Shown: positions 1 through 10,300 of the stretch, piece by piece | How positions within the stretch are numbered: position 1 is the stretch's first letter | Layout of the letters: each line of letters begins with the position of its first letter | Virus record (IMG/VR): IMGVR_UViG_3300002175_000051 | Reading direction: 5' to 3' (one strand) | Length of the DNA stretch: 64,000 nt | Source of the DNA: an uncultured virus (IMG/VR IMGVR_UViG_3300002175_000051) | Lineage: Duplodnaviria > Heunggongvirae > Uroviricota > Caudoviricetes | The notes under the pieces: model-generated | The model's input: the letters and a program-made list of their open reading frames with translations, nothing else | Told to the model about the DNA's origin: nothing | The model's database searches: none | Made by a program: the position numbers and the translations under genes

Positions 1-3000
1 CGTTGCGGTCCATCAGGTAGTCAATTACGCCGTCAAGCAACAGGTCCAGCGCTATCCCCACCGCAAACAGGACTATGCCGGCAACAAGGCCTATGCCTGT
101 GCCGGCGAAGATCCCGCCGCCGGACTTTATCGTATTTAAAGCCCCTTTTAGGGATTTTGCCGTCTTAAATACTTTAATCGCCTGCACAACATTCGTGCCG
201 GCGTTTTTTACATTGCCCCAAAGCTTGGCCCACCTGCCAAATTTAATAGACACGAAGATGCTTTTGCTTACGATAAACGCATTATACCCAGTTATAGCCA
301 TTTGGCTTGCGTCCCTGATTAAGTGGTTATACTTGACAATAAATTTATCGTAATAATCGTTTAGCGAATCCAACGCGCCGGCGTACTCGACATTTGTCTT
401 GAAACTTTCCAAAGCGGAAAACGCCCCGGCTATTTTCAATAAATTAGCATAAACCGTGCTTTTGCCTGTTTCGTTTATCGCCTGGAAGGTGCATAAGTCA
501 ACATATATGGAAGTCGCAAAGCCTTGTATGTTCAAGGTATGTATGACTTGCCTTACCTCAGCGAGACCTATCACATCGGCAAAATTGTCCACGATATAAA
601 TTACGTCGTGCGGTTTTATTTCCGCCGCGCCTAAAACTATGATGGGGTTTTGGTACATCATGGAAAGGGAATTCTGTAAATAGCGGGTTGACATCTGCCT
701 TATATTGTCTTCGGTAGGCGTCTGCCCGGTCAGCGCACCGCCTACATAGCGCACGCCGTCCTCTATGACGCCCGACACAAGCGGGATGTTGGTATATACG
801 CTGCTGTCTATGTTCCTTGTTTTTTGGAGGGACGGGTTTATGGTATTGTCCGCATACACAACGGACCCCATCTTAACGGTGCTTCCCTGTACATAGGAGC
901 ATATGCAAGCCGTAGCTTTTATCGCGTCCGCCGACGCCACTATCTGGTTGTCAATAATGCTTGTGCCCGAGGTCAATATATGGAACTGCGAAAAAGGCTT
1001 TACATGTTCAAAGACATGCATGTTGGAATTATTGTTTTTGTATGTTTTCCCTATTTGCGGCTCACGGTCGGTAAAAAATAATTTTTCCGGCGCCGTGCCA
1101 AACTGGAAATACAAATCCTGATCTAAAATATCAGGCGTAACCTTCCCCAGTGAGTGCTTATATTTAACATTCCAAAACGGCGAACCGAAAAATATCCTTG
1201 ACTCGAAATGATGGTAGTGCGGGTAGCAAATAAAATCAGGGATTACGGAAGTCGTTTCCTGGAATACGTCCCAAGGCGTTTTATTGTTCAAATAAACGCA
1301 TAAGTTTTTGTCGGCGCCGTCTTTATTTATCATGAAAAATTGTATTATATCCGCAGGGGGGAATATCGCGCTCAGCCATTGGTTTGAATTTTGGCTGTCC
1401 GGAAGCTCGAAGCCGAATATCTCGTTGCTGTTGCGCCAATTTTCGCTTAATGATTTTACTTCCCCGTTATTCGCGTGATATATGTTTTTGATAACGTCAT
1501 ATTCTTTATACCATTCCATTTGGGCAAATATCAGGTTCCGGTTCATTACATCCTGATCGCTGTCGCGTTGGCGGTCTGTCCTCGTCGCCTTTGTGACGCC
1601 TGACGCTATCCCGAAATGCTCAATGCCGAACTTGCTGTTCTCGCCCCAGGCAGATTCTATTAAATTCGACCACTTATTAGATATTGCCGTCATAACATGG
1701 CCGATGACGTTGGCAGGCTCCCTGCCATATTTAAAGGTGCCTGTATGGGCGTCTTCTTTGTCTTCCGTAAAAATATTGTTTATCAGTTCCATACCGTCTG
1801 ACTGGCAAACAATCTGCATGACAATGTCGGTATTTATTTGAGTTATATAGCCGTTGAAAACAGTAGGCAGGAGCGCGGCGTTATTCCCGTACCCTATCCT
1901 TATATGTACCCTTACCCCATCCTCAAGCTTTACGGATTCTAACAGGACCATGTGGTTCTCAAGCATCTTGCGGTCAAGGTTAGGGCTGCCGAAATCGAAC
2001 TTTTTATAATAGTCGGGGTTGACTAATTGATCTTTCCAGTTGGTATTGTATAAATTATTGAATGTGTTCGATAAAAGTATGGTTGCCGTATGGTTAGGGT
2101 ATTCGCGGCTTTGATGCACCTCAATTTCAAGCGCGGACGTAGTGATATAGTAGTTGCCCCACATCTTTCTGCCGTCCAGCCAGCTAGGCCCTTCGTCAAT
2201 AAATGAAATCAGGTATGTAGGGAAGGCCCTGTTCAGTTTGCCGCGCTTGCCGTATTTAATCATGTCGTGGCACATGCGCTCCGCTACAAATTGGAACACG
2301 GGCAGCGGCCTTTCGGTGCTTGTTAAATACTCGCTGGGGCTTTGTATGATGCAGTCGGCGCCAAGGGCCTTTAAAAACAACGGGCTGACCGTTTGCTTCC
2401 TTTTTTCTTTTTCATATCTTATATTTAAATCTTTTTCCGGGAACTTAAATAATTGCAATACGCTTTCCGCTTCGGGGAGCTTTTCAAAGCCTGACGTATC
2501 CAGGATGCTGTAGCCGATATAGAAATCAGGGTCAACATAACACGCGCCATTTGCCGCCCTTGTCTCCCGCAGCCCGCCATATATTTTATTCGCGGCCCTG
2601 AACGCGTTTATTGCCTTTAACACCTTATCGAAAGTTTTATACGACGGAAGCTCCAGGTCCTGATATAAATTAACGTTCAATAATTTCTGTTCCGCATAAC
2701 AGTCCTGCCTTGCTTTAGTCTGTATGCCCATATAAGTTTTCCAGATTACCTGCTCCGACGTGTCAGGGTTTAATACGTCCTGATCGCCGTCTTTTACCGT
2801 AAAGGGGTTAAAGGCGTACAGGCCTTCCTTAAACCTTTGGGTAGGCTCGTAGCTTATCAATTTCATGGCTATTGTATAGACATTAGGGAAATCAGGGACA
2901 GTGTCGATATTGATTGTCTCTATGAAAACGTAGTTGACGCCGAATAGCTGGAATATGTCATTGACAATTTTACAGAAGCCTACAAAATACTGCGCCTTGT

Positions 3001-4291
3001 ATTTTTTGGCGTTGTCGTCTATTATCTGCTTTATTATTGTGATCGCGGACGCCACCGCCTGGTTCGTGGTAACGGCATTTAAATTAAACACTATGTCCCC
3101 GGCCCCTATGAACTGGGATGTCGGCATGTTATAGTTGCTCATCTGTATATCCGGGATAATATTCATCAGGGACACGGCAATATATTGTATCTGCATGTCA
3201 ATTGCCGGGAGTACCCCTTCTTTTATATTGTCCTCTTCGTCGTTAAACAGCGTTAAAATATCCTCGTAATAGTCATGGAGGCTGCTTGGCTTTATGCCGC
3301 TTTCCAAAAGCCGGTCGATAATTTCACTGTTTAAAATTTGAATGGATATTTCTTTGCCGATAGTGTCCGAATGAATATTTTTCTTTACCGGCTCAAAATA
3401 AACAATGCTGTCGCGTTCCGGGCTGTCTATTATAAGCTGCTGGTAATACCACCTGAAGACATCCCAATCAAACATATCGTGGAACGAGTAGCTTATATTT
3501 TCAATGTAAGGGTCAACGTTAAATTCCCTGAGTACAAGCTCTACCTGTAGGCAATAAGGGAAATCCGGGACAGTGGATACGTTCATTGTGATAAGCGACA
3601 CATTCCATATCCCATATTCAAGGTTTAAAAGCTCGTTGCGTATAGGCAAAAAAGGCGTCCTTTTAAACTGCGCAAGGAGGCTCCTGAACCCGTCGATATA
3701 ATATTCCATGTCAGGCTGTCTGGTATTGCCCACTCTATTGGACCACCATGCGTTTCCCGTGGCCGCAAGTGAAAGGGAAAGGGCGGGGTCGCTGAACGGC
3801 GATTTTACCCTGTATCCGTTTATATCGTCCAGCCCGTTGAACCATAGCGGTATATGTATCGTCCTTGTCGAGTAGCCGTTGTTCTTTTTAATCGAGTTGG
3901 CCTGCCTAAGCCCGATTACGCTTTGTACGTTGGAAGACGTGGTAACGGATATGGAAAGCGGGGGGACTGTAAACTTACAGTCCCCTATGCGCATCTCGTT
4001 CATGTCCGGGACCCTGAAAGGCATAGGGACATCATTGTCGTAATCCCTTCGGGAATAGGAAAATTCAGATCCGATGTTATAGAATTTTCTATAAAGGTCG
4101 TCAATCTTCGGGGCCTCTATAGGGAAGCCGTCCTTTAAGTTATACCGGACGCCGTTTAGGTAAACGTCCAGCTTAGACTTGTCCCATTCTTTCCTTTCAG
4201 CTTCCGCCGCTTGCTTTCGGAGTTTTTCCTTTTCTTTCTCAAGCCTCTTTTGTTCCCTTGCCGTATATGTTTGAAAGCTTTGGCCCGCCAT
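1..4291 (-). CDS. Large baseplate hub/tail-associated protein, truncated by the left window edge (>1429 aa)
   Basis: Not in the ORF track because it is incomplete. ATG at 4291 after GAAGGA gives MAGQSFQTYTARE..., and the frame matches at the left edge (...GVIDYLMDRN); spot-checked, not every codon read. Contains hub-like segments (LEIEVHQSRE..HTATILLSN; RVHIRIGYG..TVFNGYITQI) and lies downstream of the tail genes. Confidence 0.7.
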   Translation of the reverse strand, partial: MAGQSFQTYTAREQKRLEKEKEKLRKQAAEAERKEWDKSKLDVYLNGVRYNLKDGFPIEAPKIDDLYRKFYNIGSEFSYSRRDYDNDVPMPFRVPDMNEMRIGDCKFTVPPLSISVTTSSNVQSVIGLRQANSIKKNNGYSTRTIHIPLWFNGLDDINGYRVKSPFSDPALSLSLAATGNAWWSNRVGNTRQPDMEYYIDGFRSLLAQFKRTPFLPIRNELLNLEYGIWNVSLITMNVSTVPDFPYCLQVELVLREFNVDPYIENISYSFHDMFDWDVFRWYYQQLIIDSPERDSIVYFEPVKKNIHSDTIGKEISIQILNSEIIDRLLESGIKPSSLHDYYEDILTLFNDEEDNIKEGVLPAIDMQIQYIAVSLMNIIPDIQMSNYNMPTSQFIGAGDIVFNLNAVTTNQAVASAITIIKQIIDDNAKKYKAQYFVGFCKIVNDIFQLFGVNYVFIETINIDTVPDFPNVYTIAMKLISYEPTQRFKEGLYAFNPFTVKDGDQDVLNPDTSEQVIWKTYMGIQTKARQDCYAEQKLLNVNLYQDLELPSYKTFDKVLKAINAFRAANKIYGGLRETRAANGACYVDPDFYIGYSILDTSGFEKLPEAESVLQLFKFPEKDLNIRYEKEKRKQTVSPLFLKALGADCIIQSPSEYLTSTERPLPVFQFVAERMCHDMIKYGKRGKLNRAFPTYLISFIDEGPSWLDGRKMWGNYYITTSALEIEVHQSREYPNHTATILLSNTFNNLYNTNWKDQLVNPDYYKKFDFGSPNLDRKMLENHMVLLESVKLEDGVRVHIRIGYGNNAALLPTVFNGYITQINTDIVMQIVCQSDGMELINNIFTEDKEDAHTGTFKYGREPANVIGHVMTAISNKWSNLIESAWGENSKFGIEHFGIASGVTKATRTDRQRDSDQDVMNRNLIFAQMEWYKEYDVIKNIYHANNGEVKSLSENWRNSNEIFGFELPDSQNSNQWLSAIFPPADIIQFFMINKDGADKNLCVYLNNKTPWDVFQETTSVIPDFICYPHYHHFESRIFFGSPFWNVKYKHSLGKVTPDILDQDLYFQFGTAPEKLFFTDREPQIGKTYKNNNSNMHVFEHVKPFSQFHILTSGTSIIDNQIVASADAIKATACICSYVQGSTVKMGSVVYADNTINPSLQKTRNIDSSVYTNIPLVSGVIEDGVRYVGGALTGQTPTEDNIRQMSTRYLQNSLSMMYQNPIIVLGAAEIKPHDVIYIVDNFADVIGLAEVRQVIHTLNIQGFATSIYVDLCTFQAINETGKSTVYANLLKIAGAFSALESFKTNVEYAGALDSLNDYYDKFIVKYNHLIRDASQMAITGYNAFIVSKSIFVSIKFGRWAKLWGNVKNAGTNVVQAIKVFKTAKSLKGALNTIKSGGGIFAGTGIGLVAGIVLFAVGIALDLLLDGVIDYLMDRN

Positions 4292-4336
4292 AAGCATTCC
4301 TTCTTTAAATTTAAATTTCTTTTTATTATTAATAAA

Positions 4337-7300
4337 TTAAATAATGTTTGAAATTTTATTTGAAATCCACCTGTCGTTAATGGCCGATCTTTGATTGACA
4401 AATGTTATGTTGCTGTTCCCGTCCATGCCGGCTTTTTGAAGCACGGTGTCCAGCTTGCTTTGGCTGTCTTCCTGTTTAGGCGAGGTTGCCGAAACGGAAG
4501 CGTTGACTTTATTGTTGTTGCGCATATATACAGTTTTGCCAAATGCCCCGCCCATAGGCGTAATATTTGAGGACGATTGTCCTTGCTGCCCGGCAACCAG
4601 GCTTTGGCTTTTTGGCTGCTCCTGCGGGCTGTCGGCTATCAGAGGGCCTTTGCCGGTCGAATTTGCCCCTATGATAAAAGCCACTACGCCAATCGCGCCG
4701 GCTGCCAGTAATAATGATTTGCTGTCAAATTTGGCGGCAGGCAATGAATCCAGCGTATCCGCCAATTGGCGCTTCTGCATACCCAAGCTGCCGTAAGCCC
4801 TGTTCAAAGCGCTTTGCCTTGCCGCCGGCGCGGCAGCTTTAGGGAGCGCCTCAAACTGTTTGGCGATTTCTTCGGCATCGCCCATCCTTAAATTTCTGCC
4901 TATCGAATCGATTGAACCAAGGAATGCGCGCTGCCAATCGTCAGCTTGGTCAAAAGCCGTACGCTGCGCGTTCGACAATTTTGCCATGTCGAGGTTGGCG
5001 GTTATTATCCTTTTTGAAGCGGCCGCCCGCGCCCCAGCATTTTTAAGGTTTTCGTTAAACTCGGCAAGCATTCCGCCTGTATCGGCATTGTCGTATAGGA
5101 GCCCTTTGGCTTTTAATATACCGATGTCGCGGTTAAAATTAACCATTGCTTGCCCGGCCGCGTCCAACGATCTAAAAGCAACGTCGTCAATAGTGTTTAA
5201 AGTCAGCCGCCTTGCCGTTTCCGAAACGGTAGGCAGCAGGCCCATGTCCTGTTTTATCAACTGTTCCGCGTCCGCAAGCATTTTAGCTGTATCGCCATAT
5301 GCAAGTTTCCTGCTCCTTGTCATGGCGTCGTCGAAATACTGGTTCAGAAGGGCCCTGTTACCCGGCGAATAAATATCCTCAAGGGTCCGCATGAAGAATC
5401 GGCTTTGATCCGTAAGGCCATCGACTAGGTTTGCTTCTTTCTCGTCTATCTGCCGGAGTATTCTCCTTACTTGCCCAAATGCCTCTTGGCGTTTTGCTTC
5501 TGACCCCATATGGAGGTTATTGATGGCGTCCCTGTATGCTTCGCCCCAGTGGGGCCCTATACTTTTGCCGACATGCTTGGTTGAGATAATATTCTGCTCT
5601 ATGGATTCAAGGGTATCCATGAAACGGAGCTTATTTAAGCCTTCTTCCGTATTGGTCCCGAAAATGCTTATGGCAAGCTCGCGGATGTTATAGTTGGGTA
5701 TGCTGGCAAGGCCTACGTTTGGCGTCAATGTGCCGTGTACTTGGGTCGCGAGTATTTTTTTGTCGCTCATGTATAAAGCGAACTCGTTTGCCCATTGTGC
5801 GTATGTCTGGCCTTCAGACTGCCTCCATTTAGGCAGATCTTTAAGCCAGCCTTCTTCTGTTTCCCTGATAAGGCGTGATACGTCGAAAGCGCTTGCCGTA
5901 GGATCTGTCAAACCCATTTTTACTTTGCCTTCAAGCACATCCGCATAGGCGGAAAGGTTGCCCCTTGCTTGCAAGTCTACAAGCGTCCTGAATTGATCCC
6001 GCAGATCAGGGCTGCCCTGCTTCTCGAACACTACGCCGAATATGTCCGTTATGTCGCCGTCCACGTCGCCCGCAAACTGCTTCATGGTCATGGCGAGGGA
6101 ATACATCGTATTGCCCTCTATGCCGCGGTCTAAGAGTATCCTGGACGCCTGCACGGACTTGGCGCCTATGACAGGGCGCCGCGCTGTAATGCCGAACGTG
6201 CCGTGCTGTTCCAAAAACCTAAGGTTCTCCTCTACGGCCAAGAAATCTTTTGAGAATCCCATGTCTTCGAATGTTTTGAGGCCTACGAAAGTAAGGTTGG
6301 GTATCTCCGCTTGCCCTTGTTTGTTGATCGTCATCCATTTGTTTATCTGATCCGCCAATTTAACATTGGTAGATTCAATCGCTGTTATATCAACACGATT
6401 GTGTTCGGCGTTCTTCCTGAGCAAATCAGCTATTTCGGACTGGTCTGTTATCCAGGCTTCGGATCCGGCTATTTTTAAGCGTAAATCAGGCGCTATACCG
6501 CGGTATGACATGCGGCCTGACTGCGCAAGGCGTTTGGTCCGCATTATTTCCCTGGCTTTGTCCTTGTCGGCATAGGCAGTTGTAAGCGCCTTCATGTATG
6601 AATCGTATGCTGCGCCTACCCGCGATACCTGGGTATCGGGTATTAGGCCTTCCTCGTATAGTTCAAGCTCGCCCAAGAACCTGTTCGCGGCAGTTTCAAT
6701 TTGTTTTGAGAATACCTCTTCCCCAAGGGTGGCCTTGGATATATTCGGGATATAAACGCGGTCTATATTTTTGCCGCCGTACCTAAAGCCCCGGGATAAA
6801 GTAATTTCAGCTAAACCGTCGTCAGTGCCGAAGAGCGAATATTTGAGCATATCAACGGATGAAGTAGGCGGCAATATAGTGGTCCTGGCCGTTTCTACCG
6901 ATATGTCGCGGAGGTTGCCAAAGTCAATCTCAACGCCTGATTTTACGCCGGTAAACACTTCCTTGTTGGCAAGGAGCGCTTTTTGCAGATTTTGATAGTC
7001 TTTTAAAGCATTGTTTTTATTAAGGGTCAGATCTTCTATCTGATCGGATTGAAGGAAATTAAGTATGCCCATGCGGGCTTCGTTCATCCGGCCTATTTCC
7101 GCTTTGCTTAATTCTGTGTCCGTTATGATTCCGAATACCTGCTCTTCGCGGGCAGTCCATTTTAGGCCTTTCTCGAAACTCAGGGACTCGATATTGGAAC
7201 CTTGGTTTATAGACAGCACGGCAACACGGCTGTCGTCCATATAGCTGATAAAATTCCTGGCGCGCCGCATCTCTTCCGCTGACCCGCTTTTTACGGCCTG

Positions 7301-10300
7301 CGCCATCGCGTCGGACTTTACTTTGTTTATCACGTCTTGCGTGGCCTGGGCAAACTCGGCCGGCCTCTCGGAGAAATAAGTAAAGGCGGACGATTGTCCA
7401 GTTCCGGCCCTTTCCATAAGCCTTTGATCGCCTGTAAGGCCCCTGTTGTATATTTCGTCCATTGCGTCGCTGAGTATGGAACGGTATGCCCCGCCTTCGA
7501 ATGTGGCGGCCTTAAATAAATTGCCCGTTATAATTTCCGACGTGGCTTCATGTTTCCCCAGTTCGCCAAATGACGAATATAAACCGATTTCGATTATGTT
7601 CCCATAGGCGTCCCTCGGGGCTAAATGGTATTGGGCTATCCTTTCCTGTATGTGGCTGCGGAGTACGGACGCCATGGATTTTTCGGCGCCGAGCATTGCT
7701 TTAATCCCGGCTTCTTCCTTTGTATTTACAATGCTCTCTAAAATTACTCGGCCGTCAGTTACGCCGCCGACTATCAGGCCTTTGCTTCTTTCAAAATCAG
7801 AGAGGCTGGAGAACGCGCCTTCTTGGATGTCAACGCCTAAATTGCGGAGCTGTGCTTCCGATAAAATCTTCCCGGTCATTGCTTCGGTAAAATTAGCGCT
7901 GCCAATCCTGAACTGCCTTTGTGAATACGGGGTTATTTGAAGCTTGTTCCCTAATATGCCGGTAATCCTTCCTGTAACCCTGTCATTCCGGATTACCATG
8001 TCTTCCGCGTCCAGGGATGTTACTATGTCTTCGCCTTTAAATACAGACCGGCCGATTAGGTTGTCTATGTCCTGCTGCGTTAAATTATCAAGCTGCTTTT
8101 GCGTAAGCTCTATCGAGATATGCTGGTTCATGCCCAACAGGCGCTGATCCGCAACCCTTTGCGACATTATGCTGGCGCCTTCGTGTACGTTAAATAAGGA
8201 CACAACGCCGAAGTCTTTGCGCACCTGATCCAGCAACTCCGCGCTTATATTTTTAGCGTCGCTTACGATACCCATTTCTACTATGAGTTTTTTAAGATCG
8301 CCTTCCCGGGTTAGGTCGGTAAATATATCAGCGTTTTTCCTAAACGCGTCTTGGATCTCGGTATCGCTGATAGCCATTACCGTTGTCAAAAGCTCGCCAG
8401 TGCCGCGCCCCATCAAGGATTTAGTGGCTTCGTCCAGGCCTGACTTTGCGGCAAAATCACTTACGATTTGGCTCAATGCCCTTTGGTTGTCCACTTGTTT
8501 TTTCGTCAATAAAAAATCGTTTAAAAATATATTTGACGATTCGCCCTGAACCTGCTCTATATTAGCCCGCAATAGGGGAAGCCTCTGCTGGCCCAAGACC
8601 GGGCGTTTCATGGAGTTATACTCGGCAAACGCATAATTGTCCGTAACGGCCGCGGCGGAAGCTATGCCGTCGTCCACATGCTGTTTTTTATTGTGGAACG
8701 AAAGGAGCAGTTTGCCATTATCATCCCTGACCATTTTTAACGCGCCCTCATAGCCTTCGCGGATATACCCCTCCGGGCTTATTTCCGCATGGTAGTCCAA
8801 AAGCCTTTCAAATAGGCCCTGGCCCTCAAACATGTTGCGGTCAAGGGCGACTTTTATGTTTGGGTTGGAGGCAAGGTTAAGATCCTTCCTCCTTGAAACA
8901 GGGTCATAAACCATGGACTTGCGCCAAACCCTCCGAGTAAAGTCTGCGCGCTCCGCCCTTGTCAGCCCGTCCTGCCCTTCCGTAAACAGATCCTCAATCG
9001 TCTCTATAAGCCGCCTTGCGTCGCTTGTAAGTCGGTTGGGCTCCTGCCTTTGGATTTCAAATAAATTGTCAATCATCGAGGCAGCCGCCGGCATGAATTT
9101 GACCTGATCGGCAAGCTCGTTTAAATGGCCGAACGTCCCCCTGACATACTGGTTGTTTATCATAAATTGCGTGGCGTCAATGCCTGATGTCTGGCTTATA
9201 ATGGAGTTTGCTATGCGGTTTACCCGATGCGTGGCGGCCAGCCCAAAACCGCTTTCCAATTGGGACACGATATCGTTCTGGATGGCCTTTGCGGCTTCGC
9301 CGTTTGCCCTGCGCAGGGCGCTTATCATCTCCATTACCGTATCGACCGGGGCCAGCACCAGCTCCCCGGTGCTAGGTTTCACATATGTGTTAAAGCCTGA
9401 CCGGTTCTGGCGTATCATATTGCCCCGCTTTACAAACCCGCCGAATGTATCCGTCCGGTTGACAAGGGTAGGCAGCTTATAAGTCAGGACATTGTCGCCG
9501 GCCTGGCTGATGTCCTGTGTTATCTGCAAATTGGACAGGGCGTTTTTATATTTGCTGCTTCCTATGGCAAGGAACACGTCGTCAGAATCAATGTCCTTAA
9601 AGACGGTAAATGCCGCGCCCTCTTTAAAATCGCGCATTATCCCGGAGCTTCCATATAAGACGCCGCTCAGCTCGTCCAAATGCTTTTGCTGCCACCCTGT
9701 TAAATTCTTAATCTCCTCGCCAATTATGCCTAAGCCCAATTGGTTGAAGCTGGGGCGGAACCTTGACTCCATAGGCAATGAGTCCAGCAGGGACGCGCTG
9801 GGGGCGTTAGCCACGAAGCTTTGCGCACGGCGGAGCTGCGCGTTAATCTCTTTATACGCGTCCTGCGTAAACATAGATTCACGGAATAATTGGCTGTAGC
9901 TATACGTATTTGCCGACAGGCTGTTTAAATTAAAATCCGAGCGCCTGCCAAGCCTGCCGGAAAGCCTGTCTTTATTGGCCATTAATAATTTTGCGAGTTC
10001 CGTCTGGTTCTCATAGACAGAAAATTTAATGTTATAGTTAAAGCTCCCTGTCTTTATCACGTCTTGTTTTTCAAGGTTGCTGACTAAATTCATAAAATTG
10101 AAATAGTCTTCCTGCTTGGATTTGTTGCTTCGCACCCTTTCGCTGTAGAGTACGCCAAGGCTCCTTTTGGCCGTATCAATATTTGATAGATTAAGGCCGA
10201 TCACATTCGTTGCGGATCCGCGCCTGCCATGGTCAATAAATATCGTTTCGGCGTCCCACAGATACCCTTCGTTTGCGCCTAGCAACTGGTTCCTCCCAAG

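Noticed and set aside
4156..4401. 81-aa minus-strand ORF
   Set aside because: Out-of-frame overlap with the real gene starting at 4291 and with the end of the 2748-aa gene.
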